This document shows, piece by piece, positions 25,086-36,632 of a DNA stretch of 64,000 nt. Made by a program: the position numbers and the translations under genes. The notes beneath the pieces are model-generated. The model did not search any database, was not told the DNA's origin, and worked only from the letters and a program-made list of their open reading frames with translations. Source of the DNA: Squalus acanthias (Eukaryota); assembly GCA_030390025.1 (NCBI GenBank), contig CM059432.1, positions 145,142,001-145,206,000 of the forward strand. The letters are read 5' to 3'. The stretch's first letter is position 1. Each line of letters begins with the position of its first letter.

Positions 25086-25466
25086 ATACCCTTGACTAGC
25101 AAAAATCTATCCATCGCAGATTAAAAATTGTTAATTGAGCGAGCATCTACTGCTTTTTGTGGGAGAGAGTTTCACACTTCTACCACCCTTTGCGCGAAGA
25201 AGTGTTTCCTAACTTCTCTCCTGAATGGCCTGGCTCTGATTTTAAGGTTATGTCCCCTTGTCCCAGACTCCCCCACCAGCAAAAGTTTCTCTCTATCTAC
25301 TCAATCAATTCTTTTCAAAATCCTAAAAACTACAATCAAATTACCTCTGAACCTTCTGTATTCCAGGGAATACAAGCCCAGTTTATGTAATATCTCCTCA
25401 TAATCTAACCCTTGGAGCCCTACTAACATTCTGGTGAATCTGCACTGCACTCCTTCCAAGACCAAT

Positions 25467-26229
25467 GGCCTAGAAATTAGGGTGGCTGGCTTGCCGCGGG
25501 GGTAAGGATCGCGCGCGATCTTACCTACCGCGCCTGCCGTTGTGTTTCGGGCCCACAGGAACTTCGGGTCCTGGGCCTCTCCCTAGTGCCGGCGCGCAGT
25601 GCTTGCGTGTCCCAGGGGCGCAGTTAGTTCGATGCGACCCCTGGGATCATGTGGGCCATGGAGGGCCAATGGCAGCAGACCATCTTTCATTCATAGATTT
25701 GACAGGTGACCTGTCAAATCTGTGAATTGAAATCGGCCCCAAAAGAACAGCCAAACCTCAAATAAATTAAAAAAAAATCATCACATTAATAAAATAACTA
25801 TAGTTAAATAAATTAACTACTTTAAACAAAAATTTTAATTTTTGAAAAAATTTAAATTCTTTTTAAAAGTTATACAAATAAACTTACCTTTCTTTAAAGT
25901 CTCTAAAAAAGATAAACCTGTTGAAAAAAATTTAAAATTATACTTAATTAACTACTTACCTTGTTCAAAAGGGGTCTTACGCCTCCTTTTTACTTGTGTA
26001 GAATCTTCCATACTTACCCTCGCGTTGAAACCTGAAAAAAAACCTAAGTGTGCTGCGTGCGCACAGCCTGTAGTGCGCACGCGGTTCACCTAGGAACCGC
26101 CCCCTTCGCCATACCGGAAGTGCCGGTTTCCCGCGCATGCGCAGTGCATGCAGGAAACCGGCACTTCGGGAACGAATACGGGTGAGTACGCAGCAGGTAC
26201 TCTCCCGTATTCGGCCGAATTTTTGGGCC
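25467..26229. mobile_element. MITE-like non-autonomous DNA transposon (family A)
   Basis: TIR GGCCTAGAAATT / AATTTTTGGGCC, 3-bp TSD AAT. Confidence 0.75.
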
Positions 26230-28131
26230 AATATATCCTTTCTAAGGTGTGGTGCCCATTACTGTACACAGTATTCCAGATGTGGTCTAACCAGGGCTTT
26301 GTATAGCTGCAGCAAAACTTCCTCCCCTTTATATTCTAGCACTCTAGTTATAAAGGTTAACATTCTATTAGCCTTTTTGATTATTTTTTGTACCTGACGA
26401 CTACATTTTAGTGACCTGTGTACTTGGGCCCCTAAACCTCCACCATTCCTAGCTTTTCACCATTTTAAATAATACTCGGATCTATCCTTTTTTAGTCCAA
26501 AAGGGATGACCTCACACTTAGCTATGTTGAACTTCATCTGCCACAGTTTTGCCCACTCACTTAATCTACCATTGTCTCTTTGTAATATTATGCTCCCGTC
26601 TACTCCACTTACTGTACCACCAATCTTTGTATCATCAGCAAACTTGGATATATGGCTCTGTATTGTGTTATCTAAGTCATTAATAAATATAATGAATAGT
26701 TGAGGCCCCAGCACAGAACCGTGTGGGACACCACCAGTCACTTCCTACCGCCTAACCAATCACCTAACCAGGTTAATCATTTGCCTTCAATTAAATGAGC
26801 TTTAATTTTAGCCAATAGTTTCTTATGTGGAACCTTATTGAATCCGTTCTGGAAGTCCATATAAACTACATCCATAGACATTCCCCTGTCTACTACACCA
26901 ATTACTTCCTCAAAACATTCAATTAGTTTCGTTAGGCATGACCTACCCTTTACAAATCCATGTTGGCTCTCTCAAATCAGCTCAAATTTCTCCAAGTGCT
27001 CAGTCAGTCTATCCTTAATTATAGATTCCAATAACAGGTCTATAATTTCCTGGTTTCTCTCTCTCAGCTTTCTTAAATAATGGAGTTGCATTTGCAATTT
27101 TCCAATTTAAAGGGACAATTCCTGAATCGAGGGAGCTTTGGAAGATTATGGCTAAAGCATCTGAAATTTGTTCACCTACTTCCTTTAAAACCCTGGACTG
27201 AAAACCATCAGGATCTGGGGATTTGTGCATCTTTAGTGTCATTATTTTTTCTAATACTATTTTCCTGCTTATAGAATTATAGAATCATAGAATAGTACAG
27301 CACAGAAGGAGGCCATTTGGCCCATCGAGTCTGTGCCGGCTCTTTCAAAGATCTGTCCAGTTAGTCCCACTCCCCCGCTCTTTCCCCATATCCCTGCAAT
27401 TTTTTCTCCTTCAAGTATTTATCCAATTCCCTTTTGAAGGCTACTATTGAATCTTTATTCACCACCCTATCAGGCAGTGCATTTCAAATCCTAACCACTT
27501 GTGTAAAAAAAATTTCCCTCATGTCGCCTCTGGTTCTTATGCCAATCACCTCAAATCCATGCCCTCTCGTTATTGGCCCTTCAGCCATTGGAAACAGTTT
27601 CTCTTTATTTACTCTATCTAAATTCTTCATGCTTTTAAATACCGCTATCAAATCTCCTCTGAGCCTTCTCTGCTCCAAAGAGAACAATCCCATCTTCTCT
27701 AGTCTATCCACATAACTGTATTCCCTCATCCCTGGAACCATTCTAGTAAATCTCTTCTGTACCCTCTCTAAAGCCTTCATGTCCTTCCTAAAGTGTGGTG
27801 CCCAGAATTGGACACAATGCTCCAGCTGGGGCCGAACTAGTGTTTTATAAAGGTTTAGCATAACTTCCTGGCTTTTGTACTCTATGCCTCTATTTATAAA
27901 GCCCAGGATCCCACGTGCTTTATTAACTGCTTTGTTAACCTGTCCTGCCACCTTCAGAGATCTGTGCACAAGCACTCCCAGGTCTCTCTGTTCTTGAACC
28001 CCATTTAAAATTGTACCATTTAGTGTGTATGGTCTCTCCTCATTTTTCCTTCCAAAACATATCACTTCACACTTTTCTGCATTGAATTTCATCTGCAATG
28101 TGTCTGGCCATTCCACCAGCCTGCCTATGTT

Positions 28132-28859
28132 GGGCCGGATATTCCGATCCCTAAGGGTGTGTACGCGCTGTGTACCCACCCGTAGGGATATTGGAAATGC
28201 CGGTTTCAGGCATGCACTGCACATGCGCTGGAAACCGGCATTTCCAATCTGTCAAGAAAGCTCTTGACAGATCCTCCAGCTGCCCGGGAGAAGGACCTCT
28301 GCGGGTGGATAGTTCCACTTTTTGGAGACCCTCCGCCCGCAGAAAACACTTACAATTCTTGCGCCTGGTAAAAGCAGGCGTAAGGCCTGCTTTTACCAGG
28401 ATAAGAGTTGAAAAAAGTTTTAAAAATTTTTTTTCCCACTGATTTATCATTTAAAAATACTTTAAAAAAAGGTAAGTTTATTTTTAGCCCCGTTAAATTT
28501 TTGTTTAAAATAGTTAATTTATGTAATTTCAAGTCATTTTAAAAATGTGGTTTAAAAAAAAATTTATTTCAAGTTTTACTATGTTTTGGGGATGATCTCC
28601 ATTCATATATTTGACAGGTCTTCCTGTCAAATGTATGAAGGGAAATTCCCTTCTCTGATTGGCTCCCCATGGCCCACGTGATCCCAGGGACGCTGCAAAC
28701 TACCTGCGCCTCTGGGATATGTGGGCGCTGCACACCGGCAGTTTGGAGAGGCCTAGCAGCGGAACTCTGCGCCTACCGGGAGCCCTCTGGTCTTGGCGCA
28801 GATTTTTCCAGATCGCAGCCCTCCACCCGCGGGAGGCCTGCAATCGGAATATCTGGGCC
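28132..28859. mobile_element. MITE-like element related to family A, opposite orientation
   Basis: TIR GGGCCGGATATTCCGAT / ATCGGAATATCTGGGCC, flanking GTT..GTT, internal similarity to 25467-26229. Confidence 0.75.
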
Positions 28860-28974
28860 GTTATATTTATACTTATGTTAACTTTAGTGAGTTCCAGTCC
28901 TTGATTCACTAGTTTCCCTGGAATGTCAGTTATATTATCCTCTTCCTCTACTGTGAAGACTGTCACATAATCAT

Positions 28975-29159
28975 TGACATAAGAAAACTACTAGGCACTT
29001 GGTCTAAGCGTTAAACAAAGCTTTAATCAACTGTTTTACAACATGGAGATCTAGTTGTGTCCTTCACTAGTTCCTGTTAAGAATGTCCTGCGCAAGCTGG
29101 GCCCATGCCCGAGTATTTATACACTTCCTGGACAGCGCCACCCGCAGGGATTCATGTCA
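28975..29159 (-). mobile_element. Short solo LTR (185 bp)
   Basis: TGACAT...ATGTCA ends, ATCAT/CTCAT flanks, TATAAA then ATTAAA on the minus strand. Confidence 0.65.
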
Positions 29160-30129
29160 CTCATTATTCAACAAGTCTGCCATTTCCTTATTTTCATTTG
29201 CAATACTACCTGCATCTGTATTTAAAAGGCACAGAACACCCATGACTTTTTCTGCTAATATAATTATAAAAGCTTTTTGTGTTATTTTTGATATCCCTCA
29301 CAAGCTTCCCTTCGTATTCCCTTTTTGCACTCTTCCTATCTTTTTGCCTTCCTTTGCTGTTCCTTATATCTCTCCCAGTCCCCTGGATCTACACGAATCT
29401 TTGCACTTTTGTATGCTCGTCCTTTAGTTTTATGTTATCTCTCACCTCTTTTGTTGACCATGGCTATTTAATTTGGTATGTAGAGCTCTTTCCCTGCTCT
29501 TTCCTTGGTCCTGTATTAAACTAAATTCATTTTTGAACACTTCCTACTGTTCACCTGTAGTTTTTCCTGATAACAGTTTTGGCCAGTTTGCTGTCGTCAG
29601 TCTCTGTCTCATCCCGTTAAAGTTAACCGTACCAAAATCTAGAATCTTAGTAACTGTGTTAATTTTCTCCTTTTTAAACCTAACATTGATTTAAATCATA
29701 TTATGATCACTGTTACCTTACTGTTAGATTATTAACTCATTACACATTACTAAATCTAGTATGGTCTGCCCTTTTTTTGGTTCTAGAACATACTGCTCCA
29801 GAAAACTATCTTGAATGCACTCAAGAAATTCACTACCTTTCTGACTTGACCAACTCTGCTCTTCACAATCTATATGAAAAGTAAAGTCTCCCATTAAAAC
29901 TTTTTCTACAAGCCTCTCTAATCTCTGAATGAATACATTCAGCCACTTCACTGCTGCTATCAGGAGGCCTGTAGACAACTCCCATTATAGTTTTAAGTCC
30001 TCTCTTATTCCTCAATTCTAACTATAAAGTGTCTGTCAGTGACAGGAACCATTCATTTTCCACAGCGCTTAAGTATAAGTACCATACTTAATGGATTCTC
30101 TGCACAATAACATGTTGCATTTATATAGG

Positions 30130-30495
30130 GTGGATGGGTAGGATGGATGCTGGGAGAATGTTTCCCTTGGCTGGGGAGTCTAGAACCAGGGGCAACAGCC
30201 TCAGGATAAAGGGTAGGCCATTCAGGACTGAGATGAGAAGAAATTTCTTCACACAGAGGGTGGTGAATCTTTGGAATTCTCTACCCCAGAGGGCTGTGGA
30301 GGCTCAGTCATTGGGTATATTCAAAACAGAAGTCGATAGATTTCTGACTAGTAAGGGCATCAAGGGATATGGCGATAGGGCCGGTGAATGGAGTTGAGGC
30401 AGAAGATCAGCCATGATCTTATTGAATGGCGGAGAAGGCTCGAAGGGCCGAATGGCCTACTCCTGCTCCTATTTCTTATGTTCTTATGTTCTTAT
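30130..30495 (+). mobile_element. CR1 3' end fragment
   Basis: MRRNFFTQRVVNLWNSLP and (TTCTTATG)n tail. Confidence 0.88.
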
Positions 30496-30789
30496 AGCAC
30501 CCTTATTTTAAATGGGCTACCATCCCATTCCCACCCAACACGGGAAGGATGAAAATTGTCCCCACTGGATGTATTTAAAGTGACTTATAAAGGATTAACT
30601 CAATTCTTAGCGTTGTGTTCTTTGTTTATCATTTTGTCTACTCGGGGGGTTATGCTGTCTACTGTAAATAACCAGCTATATTACGTGACTTTATCTGCTT
30701 GCTCATCTTTTGTAAACTAAATTTACTCTTTTTAACTTAAAAACATGGTCTGATGGCATGCTCTATCGCTTTTGAAGACTGGGGTGAGA

Positions 30790-33700
30790 TTACATACATA
30801 GGATTACATAGGAGATACGACGCAGAAACAGGCCATTCAGCCCAACCCATCCATGCCAGCGTTTATGCTCCACTCGAGCCTCCTCCCGTCTTTCCTCATC
30901 TAACTCTATCAGCAAAGCCCTCTATTCCCTTCCCCCTCATATGCTTGTCTAGCCTCCCCTTAAATATATCTATAGTATTCACTTCAACCACTCCCTGTGG
31001 TAGCGAGTTCCACATTCTCACCACTCTTTGGGTAAAGAAGTTTCTTCCGAATTCCCTATTTGATTTCTTGGTGACCATCTTCTATTGATGGCCTCTATTT
31101 TTGCTCTTCCCCATAAGTGGAAACACTCTCTCTGTATCTATGCTATCAAAACCTTTCATAATTTTAAAGACCTCTATTAGGTCACCCCCCAGCCTTTTCA
31201 TCCTTTCCTGATATGTATACCCTCGCATTTCTAGTATCATCCTTGTAAATCTACTCTGCACCCTCTCCAGTGCCTCTATATCCTTATTATAGTATGGCGA
31301 CCAGAATTATGGTCTAACAAAGGTACGATACAAGCTTAGCATAACTTCACTACTTTTCAATTCTATCCCTCTAGAAATAAACCCTAGTGCTTGGTTTGTT
31401 TTTTTATGGTCTTGTTAACTTTTAGCGATTTGTGTATTTGTACTCCGAGATCCCTTTGCTCCTCTACCCCACCCAGACTTACACCCTCCAAGTAATAAGT
31501 GACCTCCTTATTCTTCCTATTAAAATGTAATACCTCACATTTAACTGTGTTGAAATTCATTTGCCAATTATATGCCCATTCTGCAAGTTTATTAATGTCC
31601 TCCTGTAATTTGTTGCAGTCCTCCTCAGTATTGACTATCCCCCCCAATTTGGTGTCCTCCGCAAATTTAGAAATTGTGTTTTTGGTTCCAAAGTCTAAAT
31701 CGTTGATATAAATTGTGGACAACAGTGGTCCCAGTACTGATCCTTGTGGAACACCACTACTCACCTTCTGCCACTGTAACTAGCTCCCCTTTACCCCTAC
31801 TCTCTGCTTTCCGTCTTGAAGCCAGCTAGCTATCCATTCTGCTACTTGTCCCCTGACTCCGCATTCTCTGACCTTATTCATTAGTCTATTATGTGGTACC
31901 TTATCGAAGGCCTTTTGAAAAGCCAGATAAATTACATCTACTACATTACCCTTGTCTACTCTCTCTGTTACCTCTTCAAAAAATTCAATGAGGTTAGTCA
32001 AGCAAGGCTTTCCCTTTTGAAATCCATGCTGTCTATTCATTATTATATTTTTGGTTTCTAGATGTTCTTCTATTTTCTCCTTTCATAGAGATTCCATTAT
32101 TTTTCCTACCACCGATATTAAGCTGACTGGTCTATAGTTCCCTGGATATGTTCTATCTCCCTTCTTAAATATAAGTATTACGTTAGCTATCTGCCAGTCC
32201 ACCGGCACTATACTTTGTTCTAACAAATTATTAAATATGTGTAGTAATGCCTCTGCTATCTCTTCCCTAAATTCTTTTAAAATGAGCAGATGTAATCCGT
32301 CCAGACCAGGGGTTTTATCCTCTTTGAGTTTGATTAGTTCATTTAATATATTTCCTCTTTTTATTTTAAATACAGTTATCTCATTACTAATCTCATCATC
32401 CAATGTCATGTCCACCTGTTCTATCTCCCTGGTAAATACTGAAGCAAAGCAATTATTTAATATTTCTGCCATCTCTCTATCGTTGCCTGTGGTATTATTC
32501 TGTCCATCCCTTAGTGGCCCTATTCCCATCCCAATCTTTTTTTATTCATGTGCATGTAAAATATTTTACTATTTTGTTTTATGTTCCTTGATAATTTAAT
32601 TTCATAGTTCCACTTTGCCTTCCTATTTTTTTTTACCTCTCTCCTAATCTCTTCATATTCTCCCTTATCATGCTCTCCTCTGCTGTCCAGGTACTTAATG
32701 TAGGCCTCTTTCCTTACCCTCAATTTTTCCCTTATGGCTTTATTCATTCATGGTGTCTCATTCGTGTTTAGTTTTTTTTTTAAGCGGAATATATTTTTTC
32801 TGGACTCTGTTGAACACCATTTTAAATGTTTCCCATTGCTGGTCTACATCATTGTTTGCCAATATTGTTGTCCATTTTATTTTCCCAAGTTCTATTCTCA
32901 GCCCCTCAAAATCAGCTTTTCTCCAATCTATTACCCTGGTCTCCGTCATACTTAAGTCCTTCTCAATTATTATCTTAAAGCATGTTATATTATGGTCACT
33001 ATTGTCTAGATGTTCCCCTACTTTTACTTCTCTTATCTGCTCTGGTTCCCCATTACTAGATCCAATAGTGCATCCTCCCTTGTTGGGATTTTTACATATT
33101 GGTATAGAAAGGAGTCCTGTACACATTGTAAGAACTCCATTCCCTTATCCCCTTTACCTACCTCTTCTCTCCAATTAATATTGGAGTAGTTGAAATCCCC
33201 CATGATTATTATTCTAAGTTTTTTTACTAATTTCCCTAATTTGTTTGCATATTTCTTCCTCCACCTCCCTTCTACTATTTGGTGGTCTGTAGACTACCCC
33301 TATTAGTGTGATTGATCTTTTATTATCTTTTGGGGGAAAAATTCAGCTGCTTGCGCCTCCCGTTAGCGCCTTAAATGGGCGCTAATGGGGCGTAAAGCAG
33401 CTAACGCCCGGGCGCAGCGCCGCCCACGCCTCTCGAAAAATTTAGTGGGAGGTTAGCGGCGGCGGCAGCCGGTAGCGCCCTGTGGCGCTGCGCCGCCGGC
33501 GATGACGTCATCGCCGTGCGCAGCGCCCCGCTCGCGCCCCGGCCGTGATCTTCAGTCGCGCCCCCTGATTTACCGCCAGACGCTATGTCCGACGGGTTCA
33601 GGGGGGCGTACGTGCGGCCGGGGCGGCGATATTTAAAGGGGAGGTGGCAGGCGGCCATTTTTGTTGCTGGCCGCCTGCCAGCACCTGCCCCCGTTGCTGT

Positions 33701-35455
33701 CCCCGGCCCCCGTGAAGCCCCCCCACCGTGAAGTGCCGGCTGCGCTCCAAGAGCCCGGCACTTCTCTTGAGTGCCGGGCTCTTTTGCCGGCACTCCCGAT
33801 CCCTGGGAGCCCAGCTGGGCCCCGGTTCGCGCTGCGCAAGGCCCCTCCCCTTTAAGAAGGGGAGGAAGGCCTGCAATACCGCGGCACGTAGCGCCAGGAT
33901 ATTCACTCGCAGCGCCCCAAGAGGGATGCGGGGTGCTTCCAGTTGCGCCCCGCTTCCCTCTTGGGGCGCAACCACTGAAGTTCCGGCGCGGGGCCGCTAA
34001 TTTTTTCGGGGCGCTAAAAGTCGCGCCCCGGCGAGGTTAGCGCCCCAAATGGGGCGCGACTCAATTTTTACCCCACATGGATTCTATTTCTGTCTTGCTG
34101 ATAGCTGCGTCACTTTTTTCTACTGCCATTATGTTATCCCTAATAAGTACAGCTACTCAACCTTCTCTTTTCCCTCCCTATCTTTACTAAATATGTTATA
34201 CCCTGCAATGTTTAATTTCCAGTCCTGATTTTTCTGTAGCCATGTCTCAGTAATCCCTACTATGTCTGGTTCCTCACAACGCATGATTGCCTCTGCTCCC
34301 CTGTTTTATTACGGACACTGTGTGCATTGCTGTACAGGCAGTTTAACTCATTTTTAATAGCATTTCTTCTCATTTTATTTTTAACCATTTTTTACACTCC
34401 TGTTCGATAACTCTATTTATTCCCTGGCCATCAATGTCCTCCATGTATTTTTTCCTATGCTCTCCTTTCCTGTTTTGCTTATATTTAGGCTGGTTTCATT
34501 TCGTGTAGATCCCTCCCCCCATCTTACTAGTTTAAAGCCTTTGCCACCTCCCTATTTACCCTTTCCGCTAGGACACGGGTCCTACCCCGGTTCAGGTGGA
34601 GCTCCTTCCTGTCCCAGAACTGGTGCCACTGTCCCATGAAAAGGAACCCCTTTTTCCCACACCAGCCCTTTAGCCACATGTTAATTCTCCTGATTTGTCT
34701 GCTTCTATGCCAATTTGCATGTGGATTGGGCAATAATCCAGAGATTATTAACTTCGAGGTCCTGCTTTTTAATTTAGCTCCTAACTCCTGATACTCCTTC
34801 AGCAGGACCTTCTCCCTGTTCCTACCTATGTTGTTTGTTCCGACATGGACCACTACAACTGGATTTACTCCCTCCCTTTCCAAATTCCTCTCCAGCTGCC
34901 TCGAGATATCCCTTACCCTGGCACTAGGTAGGTTACACACCCTTTGGGATTCTCGTTCTTGGCTTCAGAGGATGCTATCTATCCTCCTAATTATAGAATC
35001 CCCTATCACTACCACATATCTATTCTGCTCTTCCCCCCCTTGGACAGCCTTCTGAGCCATGGTGCCTTGGTTTGCATTGTGGCTGTCCTCCCCGCAGTCT
35101 TTCTCCTTGTCCTCACAGGTAGCGAGTACATCCTACCTGTTGGACAGGACCAGTGTCTGCGGGACCTCTTTCTCAACCTCTCCTAAGTCCTCGCTACCCA
35201 GCTCCCTAACAGTCACACCTTCCCCTTTCTGAACCTGTGCTTTCCTCTGAGGTGTGACTGTATTCTGGATAAAACGGTCCAGAAATTCCTCCTCCTCCCT
35301 TATGTTTTGGAGTGTCTTTAACTTGCACTTCAGCTCAATGACTCTGAGCCGGAGTGACTGAAGACATTTCCTGCAGATGTGGGTATCCGGGACAGTCTCG
35401 CTGTCCACAAACTCCCACATATTACAGTCCCGACACATAGCCTGCCCTGCCATCT
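30790..35455 (-). mobile_element. Near full-length decayed CR1 LINE (ORF1 zinc-finger plus SGNH esterase-like; ORF2 EN-RT)
   Basis: ORF1 CRDC..CRKC and VVVHVGTNNIG; ORF2 [22 protein letters not shown]. Confidence 0.9.
33332..34074. mobile_element. GC-rich MITE-like insertion (family B) inside CR1; partial second copy at about 48925-49370
   Basis: Ends GGGGGAAAAATT / AATTTTTACCCC, CpG-rich interior, interrupts the endonuclease region. Confidence 0.72.
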
Positions 35456-35561
35456 CGAGAATTTTTTATTTATTTGCTTACAGATAACCTGAATTAATTT
35501 AATTAGTTGAAGTTTTTATTCAAACGATTATTTATATTTATATTAATTAATTCGCTTATCT

Positions 35562-36345
35562 AGAATCATAGAATAGAATCATAGAAAGTTACAGCACGGA
35601 AGGAGGCCATTTTGGCCCACCGTGTCCGCGCCGGCCAACAAAGAGCTATCCAGCCTAATCCCACTTCCCAGCTCTTGGTCCATAGCCCTGCAGGTTAGAG
35701 CATCCCAAGTGCACATCCAAGTACTTTTTAAATGTGGTTAGGGTTCCTGCCTCTACCACCCTTTCAGGCAGTGAGTTCCAGACCCCCACAACCCTCTGGG
35801 TGAAGAAATTTCCCCTCAAATCCCCTCTAAACCTTCCCCCAATTACTTTAAATCTGTGCCCCCTGGTTTTTGACCCCATCTGCTAAGGGAAATAGGTCCT
35901 TTCTATCCACTTTATCTATGCCCCTCATAATTTTATACACCTCAATAAGGTCTCCCCTCAGCCTCCTCTGTTCCAAGGAAAACAGACCCAGCCTATCCAG
36001 TCTTTCCTCATAGCTAAGATTCTCTACTCCCGGCAACATCCTTGTAAATCTCCTCTGTACCCTCTCTAGTGCAATCACATCTGTCCTGTAATGTGGTGAC
36101 CAGAACTGCACACAGTACTCTAGCTGAAGCTTAACTAGTGTTTTATACAGTTGAAGCATACCCCCCTGCTCTTGTATTCTATGCCATGGCTAATAAAGGC
36201 AAGCATTCCGTATGCCTTCTTAACCACCTTATCTACCTGGCCTGCTACCTTCAGGGATCTGTGGACATGCACTCCAAGGTCCCTTTGTTCCTCTACACTA
36301 CTCAGTGTCCTACCATTTAATGTGTATTCCCTTTCCTTGTTAGCC
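35562..36345 (-). mobile_element. CR1 3' fragment
   Basis: LEYCVQFWSPHY...GLFSLEQRRLRGDL and tail. Confidence 0.88.
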
Positions 36346-36632
36346 CTATCTAGTTAAGTTATTAATTTAATAAAGTAATAGTTATAGTTCCCCCACTCTT
36401 AGTTTAAACCACTGCCTAGCTTAGAGAAAAAAAGCTGTAATACTCACCAACTATTCACCTACCTGCTGTCCTGTGATATCACTCCTTGATTTTTTTTGCT
36501 CTCTCGCTCCGCTCATTTTCCCCCCGATTCTGCCGCCACTGCCACTGTTTAAATCTCCTCAGGCCTCTCCTGTGCCGGTCCGTGCTCTGAGATGAAGACA
36601 TGAGAAGAGCAGTAGTTAAAAGCAACATCATA

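Larger units (their letters stand above)
24790..30030 (-). mobile_element. Long decayed CR1 LINE with multiple nested insertions (second CR1 at about 27275-28130, MITEs, LTR-like elements)
   Basis: Collinear EN and RT fragments (MGDF...LDLVMC, KFADDTKIG). Confidence 0.85.

Noticed and set aside
24901-25090. RAG/Transib-type transposon, suggested by the 5-bp TSD inside an antigen-receptor locus
   Set aside because: Termini are TGT..ACA, not the CAC heptamer-like ends, and there is no nonamer
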